A stretch of 63,909 bases of DNA, counting the filler, from Lenisia limosa (taxonomy: Eukaryota > Protista > Breviatea): the NCBI GenBank assembly GCA_001655205.1. It is 15 parts of 15 records of this genome, joined end to end, with 100 filler letters (N's around TTAATTAATTAA, not from the genome) between each part and the next. Parts side by side here need not be neighbours in the genome. Positions count along the whole stretch, not along the records: positions 61,437 to 62,789 come from LPNZ01008326.1; positions 62,890 to 63,909 come from LPNZ01000336.1; 13 more parts are not named here. One strand, 5' to 3'. This document shows, one piece after another, positions 61,590 to 63,909 of this stretch (position 1 is its first letter; each line of letters begins with the position of its first letter). A model generated the notes under the pieces. That model was not told the origin of the DNA. It did not search any database and worked only from the letters and a program-made list of their open reading frames with translations. The translations under genes were made by a program, and so were the position numbers.

Positions 61590-62200
61590 TCCCCACTAAT
61601 GATGAAGTTGTAGGCGAGACGAGCGGTGAGGACTGCGAAGTGACCGGCCTTAGCCTCCACCTTGATCTTGGCACTGGGGGGTGAGATTCATCTTGACTAA
61701 ACAATAAAATAATAATAATTGACTCCCACTATAATTATATACTAGCTACATATGATATGTATATCGATATTGACATGTATATATCTATATATTATATCTA
61801 TATATATATACATGTACATGTATGTATCAACAGAATTAACCCCCCTCCCCAACTTCCAGAAGTAGTTCTTGCCGGATTCCTCGGAGGCGGAGAGATAAAA
61901 GTCGTCCCGTGGGAAGTTAAAGCCCGTCTGGGTGGGGGGTGAGATATGTAACAAATGTTATTATATTTGATATTGTACATATATATCTAGTATATACATG
62001 TAGTTACATGTAAATTTAAAGTAATGAGAAATAAAAAACAAGGATGTATCTGGCCGAAGCCGTCNNNNNNNNNNNNNNNNNNNNNNNNNNNNNNNNCGGA
62101 ATAATGGAGATGTCGTTGACACATTTATAAGAATATTACAATAATTCCACAAATATTGAACATGGGGGCCCACCTCGGGAATAATGAAGATGTCGTCTTT
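61590..62200 (-). CDS. Unidentified gene fragment
   Basis: Exon-like blocks after C-rich acceptors: TGFNFPRDDFYLSASEESGKNYFWKLG and AKIKVEAKAGHFAVLTARLAYNFII. Confidence 0.35.
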
Positions 62201-62520
62201 TTTAGTGAGTTTGCCTTCAAAAGAGGGTAGTTTGTGGGTAGTTCCTAGGGGAGGGGGTTAAAGGGGCAATAAGTTGTTTTGCTGTGTTTCACCAACTTAA
62301 ATCTGAAAATTTGGGCTCCGTGCAATTAATTAAAAAAATAATTGCAAAATGTGGATTGAAACATTTGTAACATAAACTTAATTGTAGACACTTTAATTTC
62401 AACTATTGTAAATTCATTTCTTCAAAAAATAAATTACACAGAGTTCCTAAATAACCAAGTTACCTTGTTTGGCGAAACGTGATAATGACCCACCTCCCCC
62501 CCTTCGCAAGATATTATACC

Positions 62521-62707
62521 TTAGGCTTCACTTCGGTTCGAAAAAAAACAGCGAAAATATCAATATTATGACCGTCTTTTTCTGACCGAAGTGACATGAT
62601 ATATGAATTGGGCCTGACTTTGGTTTTAAAAAAACCCAGGTAAATATCGATAGTTTTCGATGATTTATTGAAAATTTAGTCTTTTTTCGAACCGAAGTGA
62701 AGCACTA
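62521..62707. mobile_element. Two adjacent family A MITEs (62521-62594 and 62608-62707)
   Basis: Each copy carries recognisable TIR sequence. Confidence 0.75.
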
Positions 62708-62999
62708 GTGCCACCCACCAAGACAGCCTGTGTTGACTGGAGCAGTGGGGGGAGGTGCTATAGCCAGCTCCAGATTGAACGTGGAACATNNNNNNNNNNN
62801 NNNNNNNNNNNNNNNNNNNNNNNNNNNNNNNNNTTAATTAATTAANNNNNNNNNNNNNNNNNNNNNNNNNNNNNNNNNNNNNNNNNNNNATTTTAGTTCA
62901 CTCTTTTGAAACCATCTATCAGCCTTTTGGATCAGCTATGAGTTCTTTATTCTCAAAATTTGTGGTGGCAACAAACTTCCATTAATGCCCAACAACCCT

Positions 63000-63909
63000 C
63001 CCACCACAACATCAAGAACTTGGTAGGAAAGCACATTGGTGCACGCGGTGTTCACGGTCGTGGCTGCGCTTGCGGTATGGGCTGTTAGTGCTGTCCATTG
63101 CACCGTCACAGGGTCGGGGCAGTATAAAGACTCGAGAGAACATTGGAACGGTGTAGCGCAAAAGCTAAAAGATAAAAGGAATAAAAGGGTTCGGAAAGAT
63201 TGCGTGGTGAAATAGTAACGTGATTTTATAATATTCCAAATCATATGATTTAAAATCCAGCAATATACCAAGTATCTGGCCGAAGCCTACTTGCACTCGT
63301 TGTACATGAGGGCAAGGCCACATGTGTCAACCGTCCCTTCTGAACAGGGGGGGATTGCAATGGCGTTGGACTCACTGAGGAGAAAGTAAGATTACCCTGT
63401 TAGTTGACCACACTTATTAGAGATAATAAAAATAAAAAATAATACAAATTCACCAAATCAGACATTATAATTTGCTTAAATGATATCCCCATGTACAGTG
63501 ATCACGATAACCCCGAGAAAGATCAATATCCGTGTCCAGGCTAATCGCGGTCACTGTGTTAATTTGATTCCCTAGACTTCATGCTATTCTTGCCCCTCAA
63601 AAAAATTGAACCAAAACAACTGGAGTTTTCCGTTCCAAAAAGACTAAATCCTCGTTAAATCCTCGATAACTCCTCGAGAAATCCTCGATAAATCCTCGAG
63701 AAATCCTCGATCAATATATATTAGATGTTTTATCCGCCTTTAAAACAAACCCGCCACCCCCGCGCCAACTTGGGGAGGGACTCAGTGGCGTTGTACTTTA
63801 CAACGACACTGGTAGTCACATTTTGGTTACCGAGGAACGACAGGAAAGCAGTGACAGAAAAGGTAGGGTTTGCTGGGAGTGTTATTGGGGAAAGTGATGG
63901 CAGAACAAT
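63000..63909 (-). CDS. Unidentified gene fragment, probably extracellular
   Basis: Exons IVLPSLSPITLPANPTFSVTAFLSFLGNQNVTTSVVVKYNATESLPKL and ESNAIAIPPCSEGTVDTCGLALMYNEC have canonical splice sites. Confidence 0.35.

Noticed and set aside
16496-63909. Gene neighbourhood across scaffolds (e.g. AIR9, IFT121, integrin, SLX1) as a functional cluster
   Set aside because: The pieces are separated by artificial linkers, and order and orientation carry no demonstrated meaning.
1-63909. rRNA, tRNA, snRNA, viral or transposase genes
   Set aside because: None was recognisable by eye. A tRNAscan/Infernal search would be needed to exclude small or divergent RNA genes.

Overview
Fragmentary draft assembly of an intron-rich eukaryote, probably a flagellated protist. 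The window is not one locus: 14 artificial 100-bp spacers (44 N + TTAATTAATTAA + 44 N) join 15 short scaffolds, so neighbourhood across spacers means nothing by itself. Genes recognised by manual GT-AG exon assembly are the C-terminus of a P4-ATPase lipid flippase, a near-complete PPi-dependent PEP carboxykinase (about 37 introns), a VIT1/CCC1 iron transporter, an AIR9-like A9-repeat protein, the IFT121/WDR35 C-terminus, an integrin-beta-like I-EGF region, a signal-peptide DnaJ protein head-to-head with SLX1, a probable Big-1/Ig-repeat surface protein, a possible YyaL/SPATA20 protein and several unidentified genes. Three dispersed repeat families sit mostly in introns. Family A is a ~100-bp palindromic MITE with (T/C)AGGG termini and 8-bp target-site duplications (hAT-type). 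Family B is a ~130-150-bp repeat that is sense-oriented in every copy with an identifiable host and ends at the intron acceptor wherever the end is sequenced. Family C is a ~75-bp mostly sense-oriented repeat with a C(UUCG)G hairpin. Family B is the best candidate for something undescribed, alongside a near-fixed branch-point-to-AG spacing. All protein identities come from remembered motifs; no database search was run.
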